From the NCBI RefSeq assembly GCF_003334385.1, contig NZ_QOWN01000219.1: 255 bases of DNA, one strand, 5' to 3'. The DNA comes from Escherichia coli. GTDB taxonomy: Bacteria > Pseudomonadota > Gammaproteobacteria > Enterobacterales > Enterobacteriaceae. Positions within the stretch are counted from its first letter, which is position 1, and each line of letters starts with the position of its first letter. This document shows positions 1-255 of the stretch, in pieces. The notes beneath the pieces were generated by a model that ran no database searches, was not told where the DNA came from, and saw only the letters and a list, made by a program, of their open reading frames with translations. Made by a program: the position numbers and the translations under genes.

Positions 1-149
1 GCCGGATAATGTTCCAGGAATTGCCAGTGAAATTTTGCGCGGGCGCGACGTTCATCACCGGCTTCAATGGCAGTGGCTACAGCGACTGCACCTTCTTCCT
101 TTATTGCCTGTTCGTCCGGAATGGCGGCGCAAATAAAGACTTTACTCAT
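1..149 (-). CDS. 5' portion (49 codons, incomplete at window edge) of a protein-coding gene; product not recognised (hypothetical protein). N-terminus: MSKVFICAAIPDEQAIKEEGAVAVATAIEAGDERRARAKFHWQFLEHYP...
   Basis: Manual translation of the reverse complement: ATG at complement(147-149), open frame through position 3 with no stop (positions 2-1 begin the next codon). A GAGGT Shine-Dalgarno lies 8 nt upstream of the ATG. An in-frame TAA (complement of 156-158) three codons upstream rules out a longer N-terminal extension. Codon choice is mostly common enterobacterial-type codons (GCC, CCG, GAA, CAG, CGT, CGC), with one rare ATA. GC is about 52% in the ORF versus about 38% upstream. No transmembrane-length hydrophobic segment or lipobox, so probably cytoplasmic. 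Identity was not established; no search was possible. Confidence 0.75.
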   Translation of the reverse strand, partial: MSKVFICAAIPDEQAIKEEGAVAVATAIEAGDERRARAKFHWQFLEHYP

Positions 150-157
150 TTTGTTTT

Positions 158-162
158 ACCTC
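158..162 (-). promoter_or_regulatory. Shine-Dalgarno / ribosome-binding site (GAGGT) for the minus-strand CDS
   Basis: The + strand reads ACCTC at 158-162, which is GAGGT on the minus strand. It is followed by an 8-nt A-rich spacer (AAAACAAA) and then the ATG at complement(147-149). This is a canonical match to the anti-SD core with canonical spacing. Confidence 0.7.
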
Positions 163-190
163 ATTACAGATTTAAGGGTGAACAAATCCC

Positions 191-204
191 TGCCATTGCT
201 GGCA
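191..204. repeat. Perfect 5-bp inverted repeat TGCCA-N4-TGGCA (spacer TTGC on + strand); candidate operator or short hairpin, function unknown
   Basis: Read directly from the sequence: 191-195 TGCCA and 200-204 TGGCA are exact reverse complements. The repeat does not extend (190 C against 205 T). Its centre lies about 48 bp upstream of the minus-strand start codon. The confidence is for the repeat existing as a sequence feature, not for any function. Confidence 0.5.
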
Positions 205-255
205 TATAAGAATGAAACCGGATATTTATTACGGAACTGTTTTAAAGACCTGCCG

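Larger units (their letters stand above)
150..255 (-). other. AT-rich (about 38% GC) upstream/leader region of the minus-strand gene; presumed to carry its promoter, but no confident -35/-10 pair identified
   Basis: Base composition counted by hand: 40 G+C in 106 nt, against 77 in 149 nt for the coding part. A/T tracts are present (minus strand TTTAAAAC, TAATAAATAT). There are -10-like hexamers on the minus strand (TTATAT at complement 204-209, TGTAAT at complement 163-168), but none has a properly spaced -35 match. Confidence 0.45.

Noticed and set aside
163-168. -10-like hexamer TGTAAT on the minus strand, 5/6 match to TATAAT
   Set aside because: It sits immediately upstream of the SD, so a transcript starting about 7 nt downstream would begin inside GAGGT and lack a complete RBS. 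There is no -35 match at 16-18 bp spacing (the nearest TTGTTC is only 11 bp away).
181-195. Sigma-54-like motif on the minus strand (TGGCAGGGATTTGTT, resembling TGGCAC-N5-TTGC)
   Set aside because: The -12 element reads GT/TT rather than the conserved GC, and the GG to -12 spacing is off by one. The TGGCA is simply one arm of the 191-204 inverted repeat.
191-204. The inverted repeat read as a rho-independent terminator
   Set aside because: The stem is only 5 bp and is not followed directly by a U-tract on either strand (+ strand continues TATAAGAATG; minus strand continues GGGATTTGTT).
9-209. + strand 66-aa ORF from the supplied track (MFQELPVKFCAGATFITGFNGSGYSDCTFFLYCLFVRNGGANKDFTHFVLPHYRFKGEQIPAIAGI)
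   Set aside because: It is entirely antisense to a better-supported minus-strand gene, which has a strong SD, an in-frame upstream stop and typical codon usage. The + ORF has no convincing SD, an odd Phe/Cys-rich composition, and extends 60 nt into the AT-rich upstream region. Long antisense ORFs are a common artefact opposite real genes.
2-224. Direct repeat of the 7-mer CCGGATA at 2-8 and 218-224
   Set aside because: One or two repeated 7-mers are expected by chance in 255 bp. The copies are not flanked by further similarity, and one lies inside the coding sequence, so there is no evidence of a mobile-element or attachment-site repeat.
233-239. GGAACTG on the + strand, a 6/7 match to the sigma-E -35 consensus GGAACTT
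   Set aside because: A 6/7 match is expected by chance about once in a window this size across both strands. The corresponding -10 would lie beyond position 255 and cannot be examined.
212-255. Possible divergent + strand gene start: ATG at 212-214, open to the window edge (MKPDIYYGTVLKTC...)
   Set aside because: Only 14 codons are visible, which is about chance-level openness. There is no recognisable SD (only AAGA abutting the ATG), and it uses several low-frequency codons (GGA, TTA, ACT). It cannot be supported from this window.
1-255. Screen for tRNA/rRNA, CRISPR repeats, IS terminal inverted repeats, and a Fur box (GATAAT at 5-10)
   Set aside because: There are no repeated units with regular spacing, no cloverleaf-compatible segment, and no long terminal inverted repeats. 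The GATAAT is an isolated hexamer inside the coding region with no dyad partner.

Overview
This 255-bp window holds the 5' end of one protein-coding gene on the minus strand and about 106 bp of AT-rich sequence upstream of it. The gene starts at an ATG (complement of 147-149) preceded by a GAGGT Shine-Dalgarno and an in-frame TAA, and runs off the window at position 1 after 49 codons (MSKVFICAAIPDEQAIKEEGAVAVATAIEAGDERRARAKFHWQFLEHYP...). I do not recognise the product. The single ORF in the supplied track (+ strand 9..209) is most likely the antisense shadow of this gene. GC content drops from about 52% in the coding part (1-149) to about 38% upstream (150-255). The upstream region contains a perfect short inverted repeat (TGCCA-N4-TGGCA, 191-204) but no promoter I can place with confidence. 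I see no tRNA/rRNA, CRISPR repeats, mobile-element ends or any multi-gene system; the window is too short to support a claim of a novel system.
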